Shown here one piece after another: positions 51,552 through 63,091 of a stretch of DNA of 64,000 nt (within the stretch, counting starts at the first letter, position 1; each line of letters begins with the position of its first letter). This DNA comes from Sarea resinae (Eukaryota): contig JAPEUD010000017.1 in assembly GCA_026026165.1 (NCBI GenBank), positions 124,001-188,000 of the forward strand, in the 5' to 3' direction. Below the pieces are notes generated by a model. That model had not been told where the DNA came from, made no database searches, and saw only the letters and a program-made list of their open reading frames with translations. Both the position numbers and the translations under genes were made by a program.

Positions 51552-53760
51552 ATGTTCGTGATCACAATGACGGAACCTTTCGACATCCAACCTGCTCCGC
51601 AGTCTGCCCCGCAGTCTGGCTCGAGGTCATGTCTCAGTGACGGTTTGGCAAACCAAGATCATCCACGCCCTCCGGAATGCGAAGATCACGATTTACTGTA
51701 TCCACGAGAAGACCTGTCGCAGCATGACTGCCAGAGGACACCATCCGGCCCGTCAGTAAAACCTCGCTCTTATTCCGATGCCGCCTCGTCGCCCTTATCA
51801 CCGTCGCCCAAATTTCGCGACTCCCCAAGATCTTCGAAGGACGATACTTCAATCGAATCGGATCCTGTAATACCCAGGCGCCCTGACTTTCTATCACGCG
51901 GTTTGTCCTTGCAGATGCCGCCTCGAGTCATGCCCGGGCCCAACACGGCAGGCTTCGCCGATAGGGTACCGCTTTCCCCAAAGCTTGACGCGTCAAATAC
52001 CTACGGTGCTCCCGTGTCCGTTCTGCCCAGGCGATCTCGAGGGCTCGATTTTTCGAGGGCTTGTACGAACCTTCATCATTCAACGATTGCGGAGCAGTCG
52101 TCCCCCGACTCGTCTCCAACGATGGCTGGAAAGGGGATGACGATTCCTCCTCGAAAGGGTCCCTCGGGATTTCCCAGCTCGATAGACTCTCCCAGCGGCA
52201 CATTCAACTCCCTCTGGTCTACGATGGGAAACCCCGATAAGACGGGCATACCCAGTTCCGTCGGCAGCGTCAACATGCTCGATACGGATTCGGCAAGCAG
52301 TGACTCGGACCAGGATGAGTTGCTTGATCCAAATGACTACGATGATCCTATCCTTACTACACCACAAGTGTACAGATTGGGTAATTCGGTGACACCTTTG
52401 AACTCTGCAAGCCCCTTCACGACTGGAGCAAATAGCCTTCCAGGAGAAAACCTGGCCACCTTTTCGCCCGCCGCTGCCAGTCTTATGAGCTTCCAGCGAG
52501 CGCGATTTCGTGGTGCCAGAAGTAGGAAAAGCTCAAGTAGCGCCAGCGGCCAGAGCTCGATGGCCAGCCCAAGCCCTAAGTCCCCACCGCTCACCAAGAG
52601 CACAGAAAGCACGGCTGGGGGATATTTTGCTCGAGAGCTTGCAAGAAAAAATAGCGAGCCAAGGCGTGAAAGCCTGACTTTCGGAACCAACGAGCTGCAC
52701 ATCTCTGGTGGAGCCGAGTGGGAGGAATGTCTACAGGCTGGTGCTGGCCCGGGTAGCAATTCAATAGCTGCTTCGCAGAGCAACGATGAGAAACGGGGCG
52801 TGATACGGCGGCCGGTGACAAGAAGAGGAAACCTGCTTGTGAGTTTCTATCATTTGACTCTTTTATAGTTTTCCCTTGCTAATTGGATATTTTTAGCCTC
52901 AGACGAAGAATTTTGCACGCATACGGGCAGCTTTGATGGAGGAAAGTGCCCCTGTCGACAGTGACGTCAAGCGTGAATCTGAAGTTATCAGGCAAGTTCG
53001 TGAGAGCGAGCCAGATCTGGAACCTGCACATCATCCATGCCAACCGACGATGGATGATCACTCCCCACATCTAATTCCCATGGTACCCGGCATACCAGAT
53101 GCGCTTGAAGGCATACCTGAAGACGAGATCATGAGTGGCGATAATGCTGCACGTACTCATGATACAGAACGGACTGATAATTTTACGCGTCAAGCAATGA
53201 AAAATTCCGGAGGCTTAGAGTTCTGGAATTCGTTTGACGCACAAAAACGAACTCCGCCACCTTCTCTAAGACGCGACAGTCAATGGGGTCTGAATGATGA
53301 TATCAGCATGGAATCTCCAGCGGGCTCTGTGGCACCGTCGTCCCAGATGATCTTCCCTAGCCCTCAGCAACAGACCTCGAAGCCAACATCGAGATCTTCG
53401 ACACCACAGCCATGTGCATTCCCTTCCGCAGCAGATATGAATCGAAAGGTGAGCAAGCGGCGCCGCGATGACGATTTCAGCATTAATTCATTAAAACGGC
53501 GGGCCGTCTCTCCGGGTGTGAGTGTTCAAAGCAGTCCAGTCATGACTCATTCGCCAGGACAAAGAGAAGGGTTATGGGGATCTCTTTCAAGAAGTGGCAG
53601 AGAGCTCGTACCCCCCGCCCCTGGCGCACATGGAATTGGAGAGAGAGCCAACAGCGCTAGCAGCGCGAACAGCAGCGTTGTAGGCCCTACGGTGAAACGG
53701 GTGGGCTTTCAGGGGATGTCTGACACCAATGATGGGTTGATGAATATGAGCATAGAGTGA
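51552..53760 (+). CDS. Conserved-looking Ser/Pro-rich fungal hypothetical protein; intron 52839-52896
   Basis: Two long ORFs join in frame (RRPVTRRGNLL|PQTKNFARIRAALMEE). Motifs LPRRSRGLDFSRACTNLHHST, KRRAVSPG, DTNDGLMNMSIE*. Confidence 0.8.
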
Positions 53761-54039
53761 TCTCAGGGTATTCTGGACTGCTGTGTCGTTTTGATTTTAT
53801 CAAGCAATGGGTGTCAGGTGTTTTCCGGGTATAATTTCTGTACTATACTGGATAAAACGAGAGCCGGCTTTTTTTCTTTCTCTTATTCGACTCTTAGCAG
53901 TAGCAGCATTGAAGGTGTTCCATTGCTAGCTAGACTCCAGGCGTTTCATTCAAATATCACTGCTCCATCCTGTAGATCAGCAGCGATTCATGCCAGCCTT
54001 CTCCGATAATTCAAGTATCGTTGGCCCAAAATTCATATA

Positions 54040-54766
54040 CATTAATAGGCTACACCAACGGAGTTGGAGGCGGTCAAAATCCGTCTTCTCCAAACTCGAT
54101 CTCAAGTAGATCATATGATATCACCCTATGGGAAATTTCTTGGCACATCCATTCGAAATTGTTCCTGGCTGTGGGACACTCTCTTGCTGAGAAAATTGAT
54201 GTCGTCGCAATCGCTGCCTAGCTTCTGTAGCCCGTGTTCGTCGTCGCCACGTCGATACATACAGAAGACTTTGACCGCTGGAGCATACTCTTCGCTGAGA
54301 ATGGTAACACCATCGCAAATTTGCGTTTGCGATCATGGTACTTTGGAAAACTTGATCGTATCCACAGCTTCGACTAAGATGTCCAGCGTAATGGGAGAAC
54401 GGTTTCCAGTATCGTCAGCGAACAAGAGGTCGTCGCCCACCTTCTTCAACACTTTGTTCCTCATCAATGCGGCTTGTAATAGATGTAGATCTGTGTCTTC
54501 TGAAACCAGAATGTCGATATCTTTCGTAGAACGGTGGCTCCCCCGAACTACCATCGACGCGCCGCCGAGTAAGATGAATTGGGTTTGGAGGAGCGCTGCG
54601 CTATACAGTAGGCAAATAGGCATAACTCGGACGAGGCGGTTTATTATAGTCTTTTTGGCGTACATAGGAATAGGTTTGCCTATCTTACTGTACCTTACAG
54701 TTTATCAGCTAACTTGGTGACGCACTTTTCGATGATTTCGCGATATTCTGGTAATGGAACATCCAT
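54040..54766 (-). pseudogene. Degraded nucleotidyltransferase-fold gene (GG..DxD) with an LTR-derived insert, in-frame stop and frameshift
   Basis: MDVPLPEYREIIEKCVTKLADKL|AALLQTQFILLGGASMVVRGSHRSTKDIDILV. TGA at 54333-54335, after which protein-like sequence continues in frame (GVTILSEEY..VKVFCMYRRGDDEHGLQKLGSDCDDINFL). Further stop/frameshift near 54120-54170. Confidence 0.65.
54601..54699. mobile_element. ~99-bp copy of the 3' end of the LTR-like element at 55484-55882
   Basis: Aligns by eye to ~55786-55882 (AGTAGGCAAATAGGCATA..CGGACGAG..TAGTCTTTTTGGCG..TTGCCTAT..CCTTACA) with many transition differences. Confidence 0.8.
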
Positions 54767-55483
54767 GTTGGTAATCCAAAGCTATTCGACCTAGAACACT
54801 ACTAAACAGCAAAATCATCAAGGTTTGTCAAACCTTGAAGGTATAATAGATTAACAACAAAGTCCGAGCTTTTTTCGGTGAGACTCGTCCTCTCGGATGG
54901 CGTATGGATCGTTGTGGAAGGAATCGAGTTGTAGGGCTTTAGCTTGCACTTGACCTTCGGCGTCGTCTTCCGCGTCGAGCCCTTCTGATACGCTTTGCAA
55001 TATGGTTCCGTCAAAAGTGGTTGTATTAGATGATTGTAAGGACGAAGTACAAGAATGGAGGAGAGGGTTTGACTCATTCGAACATTGAAGAGTTCATTCT
55101 AAGACGAGAGAATAGAGAGAGGCGAAATGAGTGAATGGATGGATGGATGTGAGGGTGTTTTTGGCAGCAACAGCTTCGAACGGAGAGTGGTTAACATGTC
55201 GATGATATCGGTCGAACCGTTATCCTCAGATTGATCCGTCGACATTAATTGGACTGGACGATGGTAAACAAATGATATGATTGATTGTTAGACCATTTTC
55301 GCGCTTCCCCTAAGCGTTAATGGGGAAGGTCCTTCAAGTACTCGGGGCAAAAATCGACAACAATACCTCAAGTGGAAGATGTGCTGAACATGTGCTGAAC
55401 AGAGAAAGACGAGTCCAGATCTCAATACCTTACTCTGACCACCTCATCTGTCAGGCGCTGAGGTTGCCTTAGTTCCAGTGTTA

Positions 55484-55882
55484 TGTAAGGTGGCAGCCAC
55501 GCACAAAGTAGCACGTGACACTTATTATAGCCACTCATCTTCCATCTCCATCGACGTCTCCAGGGCTCCCTTCTCGATTCCGTTCTCGCCCTCTCCGTCT
55601 TTCCTACGACCTACTCTTCTACAATAGCCTATCGTCTGGAACTCCATGGCTTCCAATTGACCGGCGTACCCTTTTCACTGCCACGTGCCGTCAAGCTATT
55701 GGCATCTGGATCTTGAATCTGCTACATCTACGGCACATACGTCTTTGTAACCTGACAGCCGTTGTCGATTTGTGAGGCGCGCTGGTATATAGTAGGCAAA
55801 TAGGCATAGCCCGGACGAGCCGGGTTATAGTAGTCTTTTTGGCGCACGTGGGAACAGGGTTGCCTATTTACTGGTCCTTACA
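55484..55882. mobile_element. Solo-LTR-like element (399 bp)
   Basis: Perfect inverted termini TGTAAGG...CCTTACA (TG..CA rule); partial second copy 1.2 kb away; no target-site duplication found. Confidence 0.6.
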
Positions 55883-55943
55883 ACTTCATAGAGTTATTGT
55901 AAAGCTTAGTAGATTTTACATGTTATAGATTTTAGTAGCGTAC

Positions 55944-56011
55944 TGTCCTGATAAAAGCAATGTCCTAATAAAAGCAATGTCCTAATAAAAGCAATGTCCT
56001 AATAAAAGCAA
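55944..56011. repeat. 17-bp tandem repeat (TGTCCTAATAAAAGCAA)x4
   Basis: Directly visible; the first unit has one mismatch. Confidence 0.95.
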
Positions 56012-56108
56012 GTAGTATATTAAATAGACAGAATCAAAGAGGCGAGGAAGCATATAGGCTGATTATAGTCTTGTAGCGTCTTTTTTACGAGCCTAGAGCT
56101 CTGGCAAG

Positions 56109-57574
56109 TCATTTTGGTGATTCTTGCACAAGATTACGGTCTATAAGTCCCTTTAAACGCCTATCGTTCTTGTTTTTTCCTCCAGCGCACTCTCTATCCA
56201 ATGGGACCAGCACTCGACCACCCCAAATGCCTTCAATATTGCATTTGCCAAAGGCAAGGCGTAATTCCATTCTGGCTCTAAGGCCAGACCCCAAAAGAAT
56301 CTCCTTGCCTTCTCATCAGCCATGTATTAGCTAGATTGGATGGCCCCCTTCTCCGCAGCATATCAGCCAAGACAATATCGTTTGGGCTCAGTGATAGTTT
56401 TCCGTCACACAATGCATTCATATCTGCTGTAACAAGTGATGGCCCAAAAGCTTCGCGTGGAGGCACAATGCGCGCCATTTGCCAGTCAATAACACCGGTG
56501 ATGTTGAGTTGCTCGTCGACGAGGAGGTGGTCACCTTTATCATCGACATGCTTCAAGTAGAATTTCTGAGGTATTTGGCTTTCATCTTGCGAGACCAGTT
56601 GTGCCACGTTATCCTTCAAGAATCTGTATACGAGATAGGCATTGACAGGATATTCGGTGTACAGTTGGCCATCCGCGATGAGGTCCAAATACTGTTCGGT
56701 AAAAGCAGTATAATAGGCAGTACAAGTGGAAAATGGCCCGGAAGGACTAAGGACGAGAAATCTGTCACTCGCAATCGCCGACACCTCGAATTCAGATGAC
56801 TGTAGAAGTAGAGAACCAGCCTGAGGAAAAGGATGCTTTTCTAATTCAATTAGAATGTCGGTAAGACCACTCCAGACCTTTGACCTTTCGCTCTCAGTAG
56901 CGTCTGGGCTAGAAATCCCTTGGCCTGTCCATGGGACCCCCCCTAATTCTTCCATGAGGATGAAGCTGACGCCAGTACTATGGTCTGTTCCAGTCCCACG
57001 TATGCCGTAACCGAATACTCGAGGTGCGGGTACCGCGGTGGTTTCAAGGAACTTCAGAGTTGCATATTCGCTGAGGATAAGGTACTCAACCAACGAAGAT
57101 GAAAGACCAACAGCAAAGCTGGCAACGCGTGGAACTCGAAAAAGCCATGAGGGAGAGCCATCGTTGAAACGAATGCGAGCGTGGTAGTTGGCGCACCCCA
57201 TAGGGGCGCCTGGGCCAATCGTGGAAGAATGTTCGATATTGCATCTCCGGCCACCATTGAGACTTGAGGCATATTCACAGACTGCTTTGTCGTTGATTCG
57301 AGAGCGAAGACGTTCAATCTCAGCGGTAAGTTGCAATCTGTAAGTTGCATCGTCCACGGCCTAAAACTTACAAACATTTAGCATTGTTTTTAGATGCAGT
57401 GGTTGACCTCAGAAAAGCAAACGATTTTACGCTTACCTCTGAGCTGCACTTGTGGAAAGAAGGGGACAGGTGAACGAGGCAAAGATGGCGATTGCAAACA
57501 TCACATCCACCGATGGCCCTAACACTTGGCCGTTCGCATGCTGGGACTGAGCAAGTAAAGAACCTGGAGCTCAT
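56109..57574 (-). pseudogene. APH-like phosphotransferase with N-terminal Cys/His zinc finger; two frameshifts in the C-terminus
   Basis: Exon 1 CSVPAC..CDVCNRHLCLVH..HKC; intron ~57436-57361; MGCANYH, WLFRVPR, SEYATLKFL, HVDDKGDHLLVD, GVIDWQ. The C-terminus continues in shifted frames (YMADEKARRFFWGL...; NDRRLKGL). Confidence 0.7.
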
Positions 57575-57804
57575 TGTAGGGCAATGTATCGATCAATTGA
57601 ATTGCGGTGATTGTGAGAATCCAAAAACCACTTGATAAAAGGGAATATTTCAGGATTTGAAAATAGTCGATGTTGACATACAGGTATACCGTCGGGGCAG
57701 GAGAATGTGACTTATAAGGAAGTACGAAGTACGGACGGAGGACGGAATGGATCCTGGATGCCTTCCTCCCGTCGCTAGGTGCTAAGATCTACCCCTAAAT
57801 TTAT

Positions 57805-57864
57805 AACCTGTCCTATCCTTATCATGTGTGGCCAAACCTATCCTATCCTTATTGTGTGTGGCCA
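57805..57864. repeat. 30-bp tandem duplication
   Basis: aacctgtcctatccttatcatgtgtggcca / aacctatcctatccttattgtgtgtggcca. Confidence 0.85.
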
Positions 57865-58299
57865 AACTATCAAAGCCGAGACGGCAGTCGACCAAGCTGC
57901 TGGGAGCACTCGATGTGCTAAAGAAGGCTGCGTGAATTGGGCTATGGCGAACTCTCGACATTGCAAAGACCGTAAGTATCTTTCTATTCAATCTTAAGAT
58001 TGTCCAAAAACAACAGAAGACCTAAAGCTAAGGTTGGGATAGATCAAGGTTGATTCTATCTACACGTTCCCGGTTCACTCCAGCGTCCTCAACCCGCGAA
58101 ACCCCTTCTACTACTCGTGTCGACCAATTTGCTCGGAGGACGTTGTGTAAGACATTGGACTTGGATCGAAGGATTAGCGGTATACAGAATTAGAGGTTGG
58201 TAGAGATATAGATAAGTTGAAAGTAGGATTGCGAACTTAGCATCGCTGTTAGGTCTATTGTTTTATTTCATTAATTCTGTACTCAGACTTTGTGTAATA

Positions 58300-58560
58300 A
58301 AGAACTCTAGAGGATCGCTCTTCCAATTTACTCTATTTGTCTCTACCATAAATTATTGTTAGTAATAGCTTGCAATCTAGTTCCTGTAGAAGATATACTC
58401 TATAGCTTAGCCTATAGTCACCTCCTATAGTACCTTCTAAGTATAAGCTTTTAAATAGACTATTGTATTACTATGTAGGTATAGTTTTACAAATATATCT
58501 TATATTAGAATGTAATAAAGATAGGAAGGGGCTAAGGTAAATTCTAACAATGAACAAACT
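58300..58560. other. AT-rich, TpA-rich segment resembling a RIP-degraded repeat
   Basis: Abrupt GC drop, many TA/TAG, few CA/TG dinucleotides by eye. Confidence 0.5.
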
Positions 58561-58607
58561 TTCTAATCACATGGATTCCATAGCGAAGAAATCACAAATC
58601 CAGACGT

Positions 58608-59968
58608 TTAGATAGAAGTCCACCCTGTCACTGTTTGAAAATCCATTACTGAATTCGGGCCACCAAATCGGCCCTGTGTATCCTGCCAATCACGGCCGAC
58701 TGCAGTCTCCGGCCTCCACTTGAAAGCCTCAGCCACTCTGGGATCTAAGGTACCCTCAAGAGCGTCGACAATAAAGCCTCCAATAGCCGGAATATGCTTA
58801 AAAGCGTGACCCGAGCCGCCAACTGCAAGCAACAAGGATGAATGCTCTGGATGAAAATCGATGAGGAATTCACGATTCGGCGTGTCCGCACACCAACAGA
58901 TGCGAGCGAATGAGAAAGGTCGATCTGCCAGTTGGGGCATAGTGTCCCGTAAGAAACCCCGCATACGAACCTCTGCTTCCTTTGGTATTTGATGCCTAGC
59001 GAAAGGAATGCTTTTCCGGACTCCATCTGCCCCCGTTATCCAGTTGCAGTATCCCGGATGCTCATCACACATCTTCAGCTCGTGATTATCTTCGTCAGGC
59101 TCCATAAAAAAACCTTTTTCGATATTGAAGAGAACCGGCAAGTTCTTATACAGTTTCACCTCCTCCTCAGTCATCTTAATATGAGCGAGGGTCCATGCGG
59201 TTGGCCGAAGCTGCTCCTTGAAGTCGAGGAATTGATCAGCGTTGGCCCCGGCAGCAAGTATGACGATCGAGGCCTCGTGCCGCCTCGCATCTCCAGTCTC
59301 CACGCCAATAACGTCGCCATTCTCATAAAGGAAGCCTTTGACATCACCACGTGGCGACCCACTAACGAAGATTACCCCGAGCCGCTCTGCCTCTTTTACC
59401 GCGGCGACCAACGCCTTCTTTGCATGGACCCACCCTGAGCCGGTTTTCTTGTAGTACCCCTTCCAACCAGGGAAAGCCCCTGTCAGTATGCCCTCGGGCA
59501 TGGTCTTGCGAAAAGCCTCCGCATTATCCAGGCGAAGAAATCCGTCTCTCGAGGGCGGCATCTCACGCTTTTCGAGGTAATCTAAACCGGCCGGTGAATG
59601 TGCAGCGACAACGTATCCCGTGCCGTGGTAGTAAGGCTTAAAGACAGGGTCCTCTAGCCATCCTCGGGCCACAGCCGCGCGTATTTGTTCATGAACATAG
59701 TCCTCCTCGCCGGTCTCAGAAGGTGGACCTGGAGAGCGATGGTCAGCCATTCCGCCGTGATGCTCTGGGAGATCCATGCTAAGACCCGACCTATCTCTGC
59801 TATTTTGTTGACATCGTTACCCGCTGCAATGGCAGAAGGGACGGGATAAGGATCAAAGACAGTGACATTGCGATATCCCCGACGAGCAAGATGCAACGCG
59901 GTTGAGGATCCCCAAGTGCCGGCACCAATGACGATGATGGATGAAGAAGGATTCAAGTTTTTGGGCAT
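58608..59968 (-). CDS. Fructosyl amino acid oxidase (amadoriase); intron 59790-59729
   Basis: FAD motif IIVIGAGTWGSSTALHL, SAIAAGNDVNKI, DPVFKPYYH, LRPTAWTLAHI, CDEHPGY, CWCADTPNREFLID, RFGGPNSVMDF. Confidence 0.92.
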
Positions 59969-60519
59969 GATGGCGGAGGATAACAAGCATTGACACAGCC
60001 TGCTAACAGTGCCATTGTTTTCAGAAGAAAGGTTAGTGTTGATAAAGTCGTACGTAGGCAGACGTTCGATGTTTGATCAATTTGGATTGCCTGATACCAA
60101 GGGAAGGTCTAGGCGGGAGCTGAGGCAATGATCGGCGAATTGAGCGAGAGCTTATCGGTCGAGGACATACTTGCAGCGGACCTAACGGGAGGGCCCGCGC
60201 GGTGGATAAGCCCCACTGAGCCTCTGAGCTGCCTATCGTACCCCAGAGTACTCTCTACCTTATGTACTCCGGAGTACTTCGTACACCATGTATAATTCGT
60301 ACTCGCATTCGTACTCGGAGTATGCAGTAAGTCCCGGGGCAAGGGCAAGTACTACTGTACGTAGTAGCCACACTAACACTCACGTTCCAAATTAGCAGGA
60401 ACGCCGTCTCCTTTTAACGTGCTCACCGCAGATTGGGCTCATGCACCTGAAAGCCTTTGGCGATACCACGGATCCTCCGCAATCATTTGATAGCAACTTC
60501 ACGTCCCCCAACGGTGTTC

Positions 60520-62181
60520 ATGATGCCCCGGCAAAATGTCGAAAGTTCTGAAAAGCGAAACTCGAGGGTCCGCACCCGAAATGGTTGCCAAACTTGCCGA
60601 AGCAGGAAAATCAAATGTGACTTAGAAAAGCCAACCTGCCGTCGATGCGCCGAAAAGGGCTATCGTTGTGATACCGGTTTACGCTTAAAGTGGGAAGAGG
60701 ATTATCTGAGCAGGGGTCTAGCTTTTGGCAGGAGTCGGACTTCTCGACCTGAAGACCCTTCTTGCTGTAGTGGCCGTGGTAGTGGCGGCTGCCATCTCGC
60801 CCGGTCCTGTTCGGACATGCAACTGTACTCAGGGCCTATGATCCAGCCTTACAGTTTTATCAACAGTGATTCCACCAACTTCTCCGAAGCTTCTGCGTCG
60901 CATGGATCGCTCCCCGCATGTGAGCCAAATTTATGGAATATCGCAACTACCCCCTTCCTCCTGTCTCCAACCTCTCTCCCTTCCCTTCCAAAGCAGACGG
61001 ACAAACGATTCTTGGACTATTATTATCAAGCGATGTGTCCTCTCACCACTGTCGGCTCCTCATCCAAGTCGCCTTTCGCGTCTATCCTCTTACCATTCTC
61101 TCTGGTCGAATCTTCCAATGTCTTCCATGCTATATTGGCACTCGCTGCATGCCATTGCAGCAAAACAAGCAACCTGTTCAGAGCGGATGCGATGCGGTTG
61201 AAAGACAGCGTGCTACGAAGCCTCCGAAAAAGAATACTCTCCCAAAGTTCGACTCAGGTTGTCCAAGATCCTGAAATCCTTCTTACCATGATGTTCATGT
61301 GCCTCTACGAGATTGTAGACAATTGCGACAAAATGTGGACGGTTCACCTTCGGGGCGCACGCGATGTCATACGCCTTCGACGACATCAGACCACGTCTTC
61401 CGTTGCGAGAGCCAATTCAGACCCTGTCCTCTGCTTTGCTGATCGGTTTTTTGCCTTTCAAGATATCATCGGTCGAACAGCATGTGGGGAAAGGCAACTG
61501 TTCGGCAATGAATATTGGAAGGCCGAGGATGATGAAATTGATGCCTGGATGGGCTGTAGTCAAGCTCTTGCTCGTATCTTGTGTACGATCACAGAACTAA
61601 GTCTACAAAAGCAGCGTGAGATACTGCACGTTGTAGAGTCTACTGAGCCTAGCTTCGCGATCAGAGCTGCAGAACTGGAGAATCAACTTGCGGGCCTTAA
61701 GCAGTCCTCAAAGACTGGCGACAGACTTCTCGAAAAGGCAGCGGAGCTGAAGCGTTTAGCTGCTGAAGTTTACCTACATTGTATCTTATATGACGCGACT
61801 CCTTCCACAGCGTTGATTGCTACATATGTTCGGAAGATCCTACGGGGAATCTCCGATTTTTTGGAAATGGGGTGCTTAGCCGGCTTGACATGGCCACTAT
61901 TTGTTGCAGCTGTCGAGCTTGACCCTATTAACGATGACTTGTGGACCGAGCTGGAACCAGGCGATTGCATATATGGAAGACCGCTAGTGCTCCGAGCTTT
62001 GGACGCCATGGCAAGCTCCACGATGGCCAACGTGCCCAGGACCAGGTCAGTCGTGGAGAGAGTATGGCACGCGCGGGACTTGGATCAGATAGCTGATTCA
62101 GGGCAACGGCGAACTTCTCAGCATCGCAATGACTGGGAGGCTTTTGTGGCCCCATTCAGCGAGCATATGAGCTTGACTTGA
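60520..62181 (+). CDS. Zn(II)2Cys6 transcription factor with fungal-specific C-terminal domain
   Basis: RTRNGCQTCRSRKIKCDLEKPTCRRCAEKGYRC; WTVHLRGA, FFAFQDIIGRTA, IDAWMGCS, TWPLFVAA. Confidence 0.92.
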   Translation: MMPRQNVESSEKRNSRVRTRNGCQTCRSRKIKCDLEKPTCRRCAEKGYRCDTGLRLKWEEDYLSRGLAFGRSRTSRPEDPSCCSGRGSGGCHLARSCSDMQLYSGPMIQPYSFINSDSTNFSEASASHGSLPACEPNLWNIATTPFLLSPTSLPSLPKQTDKRFLDYYYQAMCPLTTVGSSSKSPFASILLPFSLVESSNVFHAILALAACHCSKTSNLFRADAMRLKDSVLRSLRKRILSQSSTQVVQDPEILLTMMFMCLYEIVDNCDKMWTVHLRGARDVIRLRRHQTTSSVARANSDPVLCFADRFFAFQDIIGRTACGERQLFGNEYWKAEDDEIDAWMGCSQALARILCTITELSLQKQREILHVVESTEPSFAIRAAELENQLAGLKQSSKTGDRLLEKAAELKRLAAEVYLHCILYDATPSTALIATYVRKILRGISDFLEMGCLAGLTWPLFVAAVELDPINDDLWTELEPGDCIYGRPLVLRALDAMASSTMANVPRTRSVVERVWHARDLDQIADSGQRRTSQHRNDWEAFVAPFSEHMSLT

Positions 62182-62235
62182 GATTAGATGGATACGCGGG
62201 ATTAGATGGATACGCGGGATTAGATGGATACACGG
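62182..62235. repeat. 18-bp tandem repeat (GATTAGATGGATACGCGG)x3 directly after the TF stop codon
   Basis: Directly visible; the third unit has one mismatch. Confidence 0.9.
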
Positions 62236-63091
62236 GACGGAAAACGGAAGGTGTTCTAGAGGTCTGGCTGAAGTTGGACGAAAAGCCACGTTTGCAATAT
62301 ACCGAAATGGAACGATTCTGTAAGATCTAGTGGACAATACGTTCCATGTTTGCAACGGTAAGTAAGGTGGTTTGGGCGATCACTGTGGAGCAATCTCTTT
62401 TCCTTTTCGTTCGGGGGACCTCGAAACCAAGATCTGTCCAGCTTGCAGGGCTTTGTCTTTCTTCGTTGTATGTTAAAACGGATGGCTCGAGGATGCCAAG
62501 CAGGAAAACAATTACCTATGTCAATATGAAAGCGGCCGCCACGTTCACAATGATTGACTGATCAACAATATTGGGCCACCCTTCAAAGGCTGTACATGCA
62601 AGATCGCCCTGAAGGTAGGGCCATTAAGCCGCGCCTGGACTTGCCCATGGAATCGATTATGATTTCGTACTCGGTACACTTATCGTAAGGTACTTGACCT
62701 ATCTATCTACGTTCGCTTGCTCGCTTCGACCTAACTTCCATACTTTACGTTCTTCGAGTGAACCCTGGCTTGAATATCACATTGTCGATCATCCCCTGAT
62801 TAAGGGACTCCCCTTCGGCAGCATATCATGTTCCCTCTCCTCTCACACCCAGAATTGACCCCTCCCCCATGCTGCACATCAATGGAGTGCTTCTGATTTG
62901 TCTTGAGTTCCTGATAAGCCGATTGTTTGTTGGCCACTTATCTTTGAACGTAGCACTCTCTACGCCTGTAAATACTCAGGATCCTCGAATATATATCTCT
63001 ATCCTCATCATGGAGACGTGGTGGCCAGCTACAGACTGTCATCCGAACAGCCCCCTCGGGAATATTTTGAAAAGAAACGATCGCAACGGCA

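Noticed and set aside
54333..54335. In-frame TGA as a recoded or A-to-I-edited stop
   Set aside because: A further stop and frameshift downstream make ordinary pseudogenisation (e.g. CGA>TGA) more likely.
54802..55077. 91-aa minus-strand ORF upstream of the NTase pseudogene
   Set aside because: No domain or coding signature that I can support.
55944..56011. Short direct repeats (also 62182-62235 and 25321-25365) as a CRISPR-like array
   Set aside because: Head-to-tail units with no spacers, in a eukaryotic context; simple minisatellites.
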